From Candidatus Limimorpha sp. (GTDB lineage: Bacteria; Bacteroidota; Bacteroidia; Bacteroidales; F082): DNA of 64,000 nucleotides. A model generated the notes under the pieces. The model ran no database searches. It saw only the letters and a program-made list of their open reading frames with translations, and was not told where the DNA came from. Where the stretch lies: positions 75 through 64,074 of the forward strand of contig JBGUNT010000089.1 in assembly GCA_045117495.1 (NCBI GenBank), written 5' to 3'. Each line of letters starts with the position of its first letter. Position 1 is the stretch's first letter. The position numbers and the translations under genes are program-made. Shown piece by piece: positions 55,938-63,314 of the stretch.

Positions 55938-57143
55938 CTAAGGGCGGCGGATAGTGAGTGGGATGGATTCGGGGTGGGTTTGGCAGAACGAATGTGCGTC
56001 TTTGACGACGCAGGCAAGATAGCCGCCTCCGCCGGCGCCGGGCATTTTCCAAGCTAGGACATCGGGGATAGCGGAATAGCGTTTGATGAAGTCTTCAATC
56101 GTAGGAGATTGCGGGTCTTCGCCCGCAATGACACCATGGGGGTGAACCATTCCAGGAAACATGGAAGTCTGGGCATTAAACGAAGCTTTGTAGGCCTTAG
56201 CAAAGGCGTCCAAGTCCTTATGCATGATGGCTTGCCAGCAGTCGTCGGCAGCTTGGGCCAAGGCCTTCACTTTCGGCTCGGTGATGTCTTTGCCTTCCAC
56301 CACGGAACAGCCCGGTTGGCGTGGCTCCATGGGAATCATGACGAGATGCTGCTCGAGCCAACTCAAAATGTCTTCGTCTTGACAAGTCTCAATCTTGATG
56401 GGCCAATAGAGTTTGTCGTAATAGTGTCGCACCAGCCCCGGCATGCAGATGCCAATGCTGTCCTGTGCCCCACTGATGATGCCGTCGCTACGCTCCGGAT
56501 CGTTCTCGAAACAGAAGACGAGCTTGGCGAGGGTCTCAGGGTCCATGTCGGGCAGTCGCATCGGCCATATCCTTTTGATCATGTTGCGTGTCGAGGTGGA
56601 GAGGCCGCAGCGCTCGCGCACCTCGAAAGTGGGCTCCAGCGAGATAGTGATGGCCCATCCTGGGGCGAAGCAGGAGACGTAGGGCTGGTCGATCCATGTG
56701 CCGGCGAGGTCCAAGCGGGTGGGAATCTGGCAGAGGTCCTGTTTCAGCGCGGTGGAAGAACGGGCTTCCAACCCTTTGGAGGGGGTGCGTTGCAGCACAA
56801 TGTATTGGATGCCTCGCTCCTCGCAAAACTTACGTTTCGCTTCGGAGGCACCGTCCTCGTTGACCACAAAGATATCAGGCTTCACCCGATCGACAGTGCC
56901 GATGAAATCCATCACGCCGTCGCCATCGTTGATGAAGGCGTCTTTCACGTAGCGGATGGCCTTCACCATGAAGAGGCGCTCCTTTTCGGGATAGAGCGTC
57001 TTATGGTTTTTGTAGTGCAGGATGGTCTCGTCGGAGCCAATGCCCACATAGAGGTCGCCATACTGCGCCGCCTGGCGGAAGAACTCGACGTGGCCGCTGT
57101 GGAGGAGGTCGTAACAACCGCTGACGAAAACCTTCGGTTTCAT
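55938..57143 (-). CDS. fusion of a cytidylyltransferase-fold nucleotidyltransferase and a GHMP-family sugar kinase
   Basis: N-terminal VFVSGCYDLLHSGHVEFF (HxGH). C-terminal GHMP motif II-like CGLSTST and motif III MPGAGGGGY. Start moved to MKPKV. Confidence 0.7.
   Translation of the reverse strand: MKPKVFVSGCYDLLHSGHVEFFRQAAQYGDLYVGIGSDETILHYKNHKTLYPEKERLFMVKAIRYVKDAFINDGDGVMDFIGTVDRVKPDIFVVNEDGASEAKRKFCEERGIQYIVLQRTPSKGLEARSSTALKQDLCQIPTRLDLAGTWIDQPYVSCFAPGWAITISLEPTFEVRERCGLSTSTRNMIKRIWPMRLPDMDPETLAKLVFCFENDPERSDGIISGAQDSIGICMPGLVRHYYDKLYWPIKIETCQDEDILSWLEQHLVMIPMEPRQPGCSVVEGKDITEPKVKALAQAADDCWQAIMHKDLDAFAKAYKASFNAQTSMFPGMVHPHGVIAGEDPQSPTIEDFIKRYSAIPDVLAWKMPGAGGGGYLACVVKDAHSFCQTHPESIPLTIRRP
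56105..56132. repeat. family-B hairpin (GAGATTGCGGGTCTTCGCCCGCAATGAC) lying in frame inside the kinase CDS
   Basis: Nearly identical to the intergenic hairpin at 57708-57738. Translated as GVIAGEDPQSP. Confidence 0.75.
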
Positions 57144-57216
57144 TAGTGTAGAGTTTAGAGTTGTGGTTTGTTGAGAGTTCAAAGTTTAGAGTTGTGGTTT
57201 GTTGAGAGTGTATAGT
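57144..57216 (-). promoter_or_regulatory. G-poor heptamer-repeat leader upstream of the kinase gene
   Basis: One C in 73 nt on the plus strand. A 27-nt perfect direct repeat AGTTTAGAGTTGTGGTTTGTTGAGAGT occurs at 57152-57178 and 57183-57209. Confidence 0.7.
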
Positions 57217-57699
57217 TTAAGAGTTGTTAGTGTCATTTGGTTTGTAGGAGTTGAGGAGGCCTGAGAGAAGACGAGCGTCTTCTTGCCCTTCCTTATAAGG
57301 CACTCTATGGGCCGTACCGCGGCCCTCATCGCGGGCTTGACCCGCGATCTCCGCGATTTCCCCTTTCTCTTCATACGCCTCTTTCACCCCCCGCATATAA
57401 TCAGCATCAACTCCAATGGCTTCAGCCAAATCTTTCCAATCAGGATTAAAGCCATTGATCAAGTCCTCTTTCCACTCTCTACGCCACTTCTTCAGTTGTT
57501 TCTCTCTATGTATTCCAACATCCAAGCGATCATACTCTTCATAATACACAAGTTTTTCAGTATTATACCTGTCAGAGAACCCTTGATTGATGTGTAACTT
57601 ATGTTCTGCAACTCTCCTTTTTAGGTTCCTTGTGACTCCTGTGTAAAGAGTGGTGTTGTACTTGTTGGTTAATATGTAAACGATTCCTTTTGGGCCCAT
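57217..57699 (-). CDS. GIY-YIG nuclease-family protein, copy 1 (C-terminally extended)
   Basis: GIVYILTN...LYTGVT..L..R..EH GIY-YIG core. About three quarters identical by eye to copy 2 over roughly 110 aa. The ORF then reads through the flanking hairpin (EIAGQARDEG). Confidence 0.8.
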   Translation of the reverse strand: MGPKGIVYILTNKYNTTLYTGVTRNLKRRVAEHKLHINQGFSDRYNTEKLVYYEEYDRLDVGIHREKQLKKWRREWKEDLINGFNPDWKDLAEAIGVDADYMRGVKEAYEEKGEIAEIAGQARDEGRGTAHRVPYKEGQEDARLLSGLLNSYKPNDTNNS

Positions 57700-57738
57700 A
57701 GCATTATGAGATTGCGGGTCTACGCCCGCAATGAGGGG
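57323..57738 (-). mobile_element. GIY-YIG cassette 1 bounded by inverted family-B hairpins
   Basis: Left end CCCTCATCGCGGGCTTGACCCGCGATCTC (57323-57351). Right end GAGATTGCGGGTCTACGCCCGCAATGAGGGG (57708-57738). These are reverse complements, with compensatory stem changes. Confidence 0.5.
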
Positions 57739-57851
57739 TTAACAGCATTGAGAGGGGCTAACAACGATTGGATTTACGCACGCAACGAAAGGTTAACAGC
57801 ATTGAGGGGGTCTACATGGATTATGCCAAAAGCCAATGGCCAAAGGTGCGA

Positions 57852-58793
57852 TTATCGCTCCGCGCGCATAGGGTTATTCAAAAAGTCATCATACGCCAAG
57901 CGGATGCCGTCCTCCAAGTCGGTCTTGTAGGTCCAGCCGAGGGCAGTGGCCTTGCTCACATCCAACAGCTTGCGAGGTGTGCCGTTGGGGCGGGTGGTGT
58001 CCCACTTGATGTTGCCTTCGTAGCCAATAACCTTGGCGACCAGTTCGGTGAGTGCCTTGATGGTCAGCTCCTTCCCTGTCCCAGCGTTGACGGTCTCGTT
58101 GCCGCTGTAGTTGTTCATCAGGAAAACGCAGAGGTTGGCGAGGTCGTCGACATATAGGAACTCGCGCAGCGGCGAGCCGTCGCCCCAGCAGATTACCTCC
58201 TTCAGCCCGTTGACCTTGGCTTCGTGGAAGCGGCGGATCAACGCGGGCAGCACATGGCTATGCTCAGGATGGTAGTTATCGTTGGGGCCATACAGGTTAG
58301 TCGGCATCACGCTGATGTAGTCGGTGCCATACTGGCGGTTGAGGAACTCACAATACTTCAGGCCGCTGATCTTCGCCAAGGCATAGGCTTCGTTGGTCTT
58401 CTCAAGCTCGCCTGTGAGCAGGCATGACTCCTTCATAGGCTGTGGCGCCATACGGGGATAGATACAACTGCTGCCGAGGAACTCCAGCTTCTTGCAGCCG
58501 TTCTTCCAAGCCGCATGGATGACGTTCATCTCGAGGATCATGTTGTCGTACATGAAGTCGGCCAGGGCGTTCTGGTTGGCGATGATGCCGCCGACTTTGG
58601 CCGCGGCGAGGAAGACGTATTCGGGCTTTTCGGCTTCGAAGAAGGCCTCCACCTGGTCCTGACGCGTCAAGTCCAGTTCTTTATGCGTCCTGGTGATGAT
58701 GTTGGAATAGCCTTGTCGTTGCAATTCACGGACGATGGCCGAGCCCACCATCCCACGGTGACCAGCAACGTATATTTTGCTGTTTTTGTTCAT
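57852..58793 (-). CDS. fcl: GDP-L-fucose synthase
   Basis: Rossmann motif KIYVAGHRGMVGSAI. Catalytic YxxxK (YALAK). Start moved to MNKNSK. Confidence 0.93.
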   Translation of the reverse strand: MNKNSKIYVAGHRGMVGSAIVRELQRQGYSNIITRTHKELDLTRQDQVEAFFEAEKPEYVFLAAAKVGGIIANQNALADFMYDNMILEMNVIHAAWKNGCKKLEFLGSSCIYPRMAPQPMKESCLLTGELEKTNEAYALAKISGLKYCEFLNRQYGTDYISVMPTNLYGPNDNYHPEHSHVLPALIRRFHEAKVNGLKEVICWGDGSPLREFLYVDDLANLCVFLMNNYSGNETVNAGTGKELTIKALTELVAKVIGYEGNIKWDTTRPNGTPRKLLDVSKATALGWTYKTDLEDGIRLAYDDFLNNPMRAER

Positions 58794-58847
58794 TGTTTTT
58801 GTATTTGCTTCTAATACTGCGCTATCGGACAAACCCAAAACGGGAGA

Positions 58848-59301
58848 CCCTCATGGCGGACAAGGATCCGCCATCTCTCACGCTTAGGGTGGCTCTGGAT
58901 CATAATATCCATTTTCATACGCATCTTTTACAGACTGCATATATTCCTCATTCAATCCTATCGAATCCGACAAGTCTTCCCATGTAGGATTGAATTCGCT
59001 TATCAACTTCTCTTTCCATTCCCTACGCCATTTCTTCAGCTGTTTTTCTCTGTGGATACCATCAACGAGAAGATCATAGACTTCATAATACACCAGTTTC
59101 TCTGTGTTGTATCGTTCAGAGAAGCCATTATTAATATGGAGCTTATGCTCGGCCATCCTACGTATGAGGTTTCTGGTCACTCCTGTATAAAGGGTTGTGT
59201 TGTTTTTATTTGTGAGGATGTAGACAATTCCTTGGAGAGGCATAGGAGCGAGTGTGTCGTTTCGTGTCAGAGATCGCGGGTCTGACGCCCGCGATGAGGG
59301 G
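58848..59301 (-). mobile_element. GIY-YIG cassette 2 bounded by inverted hairpins
   Basis: Left end CCCTCATGGCGGACAAGGATCCGCCATCTCTC (58848-58879). Right end GAGATCGCGGGTCTGACGCCCGCGATGAGGGG (59270-59301). Same CCCTCAT...ATGAGGGG termini as cassette 1. Confidence 0.5.
58884..59243 (-). CDS. GIY-YIG nuclease-family protein, copy 2
   Basis: 119 aa with GIVYILTNKNNTTLYTGVTRNLIRRMAEHK. Confidence 0.85.
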   Translation of the reverse strand: MPLQGIVYILTNKNNTTLYTGVTRNLIRRMAEHKLHINNGFSERYNTEKLVYYEVYDLLVDGIHREKQLKKWRREWKEKLISEFNPTWEDLSDSIGLNEEYMQSVKDAYENGYYDPEPP

Positions 59302-59384
59302 TTTGGGGTGTGAGTGGGTCGTTAACGGGAAAGGTTGGTGAGAGCGTTGGATGCAATGCATTTCTACCACGAAGGAATATCCCA

Positions 59385-60464
59385 CTAATCCTCCATGTGT
59401 GTCTTCAAATACAACTTCTTCACAAACCTCATATCATGCTCGACCATGATCCTGACGAGGTCTTCGAAGGATGTCTTGCGGGGGTTCCAGCCGAGGAGTG
59501 TCTTGGCCTTGGTGGGGTCGCCGAGCAGCTGCTCCACCTCTGCCGGGCGGAAGAAGCGTGGGTCGACCTCGACCAGGCTCTTGCCCGTAGCGATGTCGAT
59601 GCCTCTCTCGTCGACGCCTTCGCCTTCCCAGCGTAGGGTAATGCCCACGTGCTTGAAAGCCAAGGTGCAGAACTCGCGGACGGTGTGGTACTCACCCGTG
59701 GCGATAACGAAGTCTTCAGGCTTCTCCTGCTGCAGGATGAGCCACATGCACTCCACGTAGTCCTTGGCATAGCCCCAGTCGCGGAGGGCATTGAGGTTAC
59801 CGAGATAGAGCTTGTCCTGATAGCCTTGCTTGATGCGTGCCGCCGCTAGGGTAATCTTGCGGGTGACGAAGGTCTCGCCGCGGCGTTCGCTCTCATGGTT
59901 GAAGAGGATGCCGTTGACGGCGAACATGCCATAGCTCTCGCGGTAGTTCTTCACAATCCAGAAGCCGTACTGCTTGGCCACACCATAGGGCGAGCGTGGA
60001 TAGAAGGGTGTGGTCTCCTTCTGTGGCACCTCTTGCACGAGGCCAAAGAGCTCGGATGTGGAGGCTTGGTATATCCTGCATTTCTTCTCCAGCCCGAGGA
60101 TGCGCACGGCTTCGAGAAGGCGCAGTGTGCCGACGGCGTCGGCTTCGGCGGTGTACTCGGGGCAGTCGAACGACACCTTGACATGGCTCTGGGCGGCCAG
60201 GTTATAGATTTCGTCGGGTTGTATCTTTTGGATGATGCGAACGAGCGACGACGAGTCGGTCATGTCGCCGTAGTGCAGGGTGAGCAGGCGCTTGTTCTTC
60301 ATGTCGCGCACCCATTCATCGAGGTAGAGGTGTTCGATGCGACCTGTGTTGAACGACGACGAGCGACGGATGATGCCGTGCACCTCGTAGCCTTTTTCCA
60401 AAAGGAACTCGGCAAGGAATGAGCCATCTTGGCCCGTGATGCCGGTGATTAATGCGGTTTTCAT
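59385..60464 (-). CDS. gmd: GDP-mannose 4,6-dehydratase
   Basis: [27 protein letters not shown]. Catalytic YGVAK. Highly conserved throughout. Confidence 0.96.
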   Translation of the reverse strand: MKTALITGITGQDGSFLAEFLLEKGYEVHGIIRRSSSFNTGRIEHLYLDEWVRDMKNKRLLTLHYGDMTDSSSLVRIIQKIQPDEIYNLAAQSHVKVSFDCPEYTAEADAVGTLRLLEAVRILGLEKKCRIYQASTSELFGLVQEVPQKETTPFYPRSPYGVAKQYGFWIVKNYRESYGMFAVNGILFNHESERRGETFVTRKITLAAARIKQGYQDKLYLGNLNALRDWGYAKDYVECMWLILQQEKPEDFVIATGEYHTVREFCTLAFKHVGITLRWEGEGVDERGIDIATGKSLVEVDPRFFRPAEVEQLLGDPTKAKTLLGWNPRKTSFEDLVRIMVEHDMRFVKKLYLKTHMED

Positions 60465-60537
60465 TCTTTTTGAAAGTTGAGAGTTTAGAGTTTAGAGTAG
60501 TTGAGAGTGTAGAGTAGTTTGTTAAGAGTGTAGAGTT
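60465..60537 (-). promoter_or_regulatory. G-free heptamer-repeat leader upstream of gmd
   Basis: Positions 60467-60537 have no C on the plus strand. The minus strand shares the 26-nt block ACTCTAAACTCTAAACTCTCAACTTT with the fucP leader. Confidence 0.7.
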
Positions 60538-60846
60538 TTAACCTTTATTTAGTTTTGCTGGAAGTATTCTATCTACAATCACATAGTTTCCTTCAATATG
60601 ATAGACATAAATCCAGCGACGATTGTGTGACACCATCCTACGAGCTTTGGGATGTATCATACGCAAAGTCTTGGACGTTGTGCAGCCATAACAATCAGCA
60701 TATACTGCCAGCATCTTAATTTCGGCGCGCATATTATTGGCATAGCGGACAGCTCCTTCTTCTGATAACATTTCGTCAAGAAAGATTCGTAGCTTGTCCA
60801 TGTCAGCTCGTGCTGAATAGCTGATTCTAACCTCATAGATTTGCAT
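60538..60846 (-). CDS. RelE/ParE-family type II toxin (putative)
   Basis: 102 aa. C-terminal pattern RRMVSHNRRWIYVYHIEGNYVIVDRILP is typical of ParE/RelE. Overlaps a small upstream ORF by 14 nt. Confidence 0.6.
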   Translation of the reverse strand: MQIYEVRISYSARADMDKLRIFLDEMLSEEGAVRYANNMRAEIKMLAVYADCYGCTTSKTLRMIHPKARRMVSHNRRWIYVYHIEGNYVIVDRILPAKLNKG

Positions 60847-61033
60847 AGTCCTTACGCACTAATGAAATCAATTCATCAAAATAGGCATCGACCGACATCG
60901 TGTTTGCCAATACGTTCTCGGTTGGAATAGCACCTGCATTGGGAGCATAAGTGGCGCTAGAAACACCATATGCAGCTGCTGGCTCTGATGCCTTGAGCGG
61001 ATCGTTTTGTGTATCTTGATAAGTTTTACTCAT
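60833..61033 (-). CDS. putative cognate antitoxin (unclassified)
   Basis: 66-aa ORF overlapping the toxin start. -7 box TATATTTG (minus strand, 61062-61069) lies 29 nt upstream. Confidence 0.4.
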   Translation of the reverse strand: MSKTYQDTQNDPLKASEPAAAYGVSSATYAPNAGAIPTENVLANTMSVDAYFDELISLVRKDYANL

Positions 61034-61402
61034 ATAATATCTTTACTCGTTTGTACCACTGCAAATATACAAATAATACCTTTATGACGCAGGTATAGAT
61101 TGACTACGCCGAATCGTAGATTTCCACGCTCGCGCGCAAATCCTCCACAGGGATGACATGCCTGCTGCTGAGGTGCGCGAGCCCGATAAGGGCGAAACGC
61201 AAAGATTTATGATAGATTTGTGGAAGATTTGTTTCCTTCTCTTCAACGTTACCAGTTATTTTTTCGCAAAAATACATATTTTGTCATAAAATGATTATCA
61301 TAAAATGACAAAATCTTTGTTTTTCATTTTGCTCATCAAAGCAGGCATTGGATGCCAATCAGGCAACGGTTCCTTGATCTGTAATGTCAAATTATTGGTT
61401 AA

Positions 61403-61879
61403 TCATTTGTACCGGCGGAAGGAATAGACGGTCCTTACGCCCAAGGCTTCTTTCTGTAAGACAAGTTTCAACCGCGACATCTCCACGACTTGATAGGTGC
61501 CTGACAGGCGCATTTCATAGCGAAGACCCTCCGTGAGCCAGAGCGTCTTCGTGAAACTTATCCGCTTCTTGGAAGCGTTGAAGGAGAACTGCGAGCCGTC
61601 CACATCCACGTCATCGAGGTCGAACTGCGTGAAACTACCTTTCTTTGCAAGCGCGATGCGCGGTTCGCTCAAGGAAAGATAGAAATGGACACCGGAATAA
61701 TCGACTTGATTCTGGGCGTCCTGCCCGACCGTACCGGCGGGAACGACACTCTTGGACTCCAGGGCCCACACTCCGTAGATGGATCCCGTGAGATCTCCAG
61801 TATGACTGACCCTATTCACCCCGCAGGATGTAAGCAGGGCCGTGCAGGCTATAACAGCCACAATCAACATTCTTTTCAT
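61403..61879 (-). CDS. hypothetical lipoprotein
   Basis: Start moved to MKRMLIVAVIACTALLTSCG (lipobox LTSC). No other motif recognised. Confidence 0.55.
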   Translation of the reverse strand: MKRMLIVAVIACTALLTSCGVNRVSHTGDLTGSIYGVWALESKSVVPAGTVGQDAQNQVDYSGVHFYLSLSEPRIALAKKGSFTQFDLDDVDVDGSQFSFNASKKRISFTKTLWLTEGLRYEMRLSGTYQVVEMSRLKLVLQKEALGVRTVYSFRRYK

Positions 61880-61984
61880 GGTATTATCGATTATTAAAAT
61901 CATTGGTGGCACTATATGTAAACACTTACGAAATCGTATTACTTGCCCGTTCTTCTTGATAAAAACGGAAAATAACAAGCACCA

Positions 61985-62641
61985 TCATTTTCTCTTCAGT
62001 GGAGCCAGCGAATACACCTTATTTGGCGCATCGGTCATTTTCACGACTCTTTTCAATATGGATGCAAAGTCAAATGAATAACCAAGCATCCTGATTTCAG
62101 GAACAAGAAGCTCGTCTATATCGCCAAAATAAATGATGGCCTTGTCAACCATGATTGGGTCGTAGGCAGGATAACGTTCAAGCAAAAGATGCTTTATTTG
62201 ATTATATGAAAAACGGGTTGAAAGAAACGCTATGTCCACAAAATCTTTGGGGCGCTTACCAGAATTAATAATCGCATGCATTTTCATGGCAGCGATATCT
62301 GCAATAGATGCAAGTCGCATTCCATCTTCATTAAGTGATCCCTCCAACCATGGGAAAGGATGGTGAATGACATCGATCTTAACTCCATTTATAAAACCAA
62401 TAAGCGTGTTCTCTTCTATAACCGAAGGAGTAAGACCATACTTGTCTATCAAAAGTGACTGCACCACCATCATATCCATCAGCTCAACACTGAACAAGTC
62501 CAAGTCGTCGCTTTCGCGGTGCCCAATCTGGAGTGACAATGCAGTACCACCAACCAATCTGGTTGTGGCAAGAGCCGGCTCAGCTTGCAAAGACTTTAAC
62601 AGCTCAAGTGTACTTCCCTTAATTGTGCTTGTTTGTAACAT
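61985..62641 (-). CDS. AbiEii/AbiGii-family nucleotidyltransferase toxin
   Basis: N-terminal signature LVGGTALSLQIGHRESDDLDLF. Confidence 0.72.
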   Translation of the reverse strand: MLQTSTIKGSTLELLKSLQAEPALATTRLVGGTALSLQIGHRESDDLDLFSVELMDMMVVQSLLIDKYGLTPSVIEENTLIGFINGVKIDVIHHPFPWLEGSLNEDGMRLASIADIAAMKMHAIINSGKRPKDFVDIAFLSTRFSYNQIKHLLLERYPAYDPIMVDKAIIYFGDIDELLVPEIRMLGYSFDFASILKRVVKMTDAPNKVYSLAPLKRK

Positions 62642-62925
62642 CTTGTTTCTGTAATATCCAAATTAAGCGCTTTGCACATAAAATCCAAATTGCGCGGTGA
62701 CAAATCGACCACCTCGTCACGAGCAATCTTTCGGAAACCGCGTATGCCTCCATACAGGTCAAAAGCCCCATACCAATCTGACAAACGGCCCATAGAAATC
62801 ACACGTTCCGCCACGGTCTTCCGGTATTTCTGCCAGTCGAAGTTTTCCAGCTGATACTCCCAAAGCAATCCTCTGTTGATTTGGTGTTTCCCTCTTTCCA
62901 ACTTATATGTAGCAAATACTTTCAT
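62596..62925 (-). CDS. DUF6922-like putative antitoxin partner of the AbiEii toxin
   Basis: Pattern LLWEY...AERVISMGRLSDWYGAFDLYGG..I...L..RNLDFMC. Overlaps the toxin ORF by 46 nt. -7 box at 62977-62984 (minus strand). Confidence 0.55.
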   Translation of the reverse strand: MKVFATYKLERGKHQINRGLLWEYQLENFDWQKYRKTVAERVISMGRLSDWYGAFDLYGGIRGFRKIARDEVVDLSPRNLDFMCKALNLDITETRCYKQAQLREVHLSC

Positions 62926-63314
62926 TTGAAAATATCAATTCAAAATAAGGATGATAACTGGAATATTATGATTATGCAAAGATACACAAATTATGTGAAA
63001 TATGCAACACCTTTATCTGTGTTTTTCGTTCATTCTCCTTGATAAGGGCGAACTAAGAATCAAGTCCGAGCATCATCGGTCTTCGGCAAACGATGACTTT
63101 GGATAAAAAGGGCAAGTAGGCATGTCATCCCCGCGGCACGCAGTGCGACAGAAAGGAATCTATGACTGCAGCTTAAATTAGCTAGTCCATCTGACGATTC
63201 CCATGCCGTCGATTTGTGTCATCGAAAGGATTAAAGTAACACAAACTGATTATGCAAGGGAACAATCAACTTTAATTTTGAGATTTATTTTCTCAAAATG
63301 CCTGCTTATTCGTA

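Noticed and set aside
57706-57930. 74-aa plus-strand ORF (MRLRVYARNEGLTALRG...) and the 64-aa ORF at 58793-58987 (…MADKDPPSL…).
   Set aside because: They are translations of the hairpin and direct-repeat elements, and they overlap the 3' or 5' ends of fcl. Such peptides are common artefacts of repeat elements.
61149-61195. Short matches between the two intergenic regions that flank the lipoprotein/AbiE block. GATAAGGGCGAA occurs at 61184 and 63041. GGGATGACATGCCT at 61149 matches its reverse complement at 63118. These could be island boundaries or att sites.
   Set aside because: The matches are only 12-14 nt, in inconsistent order and orientation. Matches of this length are expected by chance in a 64-kb window, so they are not reported as repeats.
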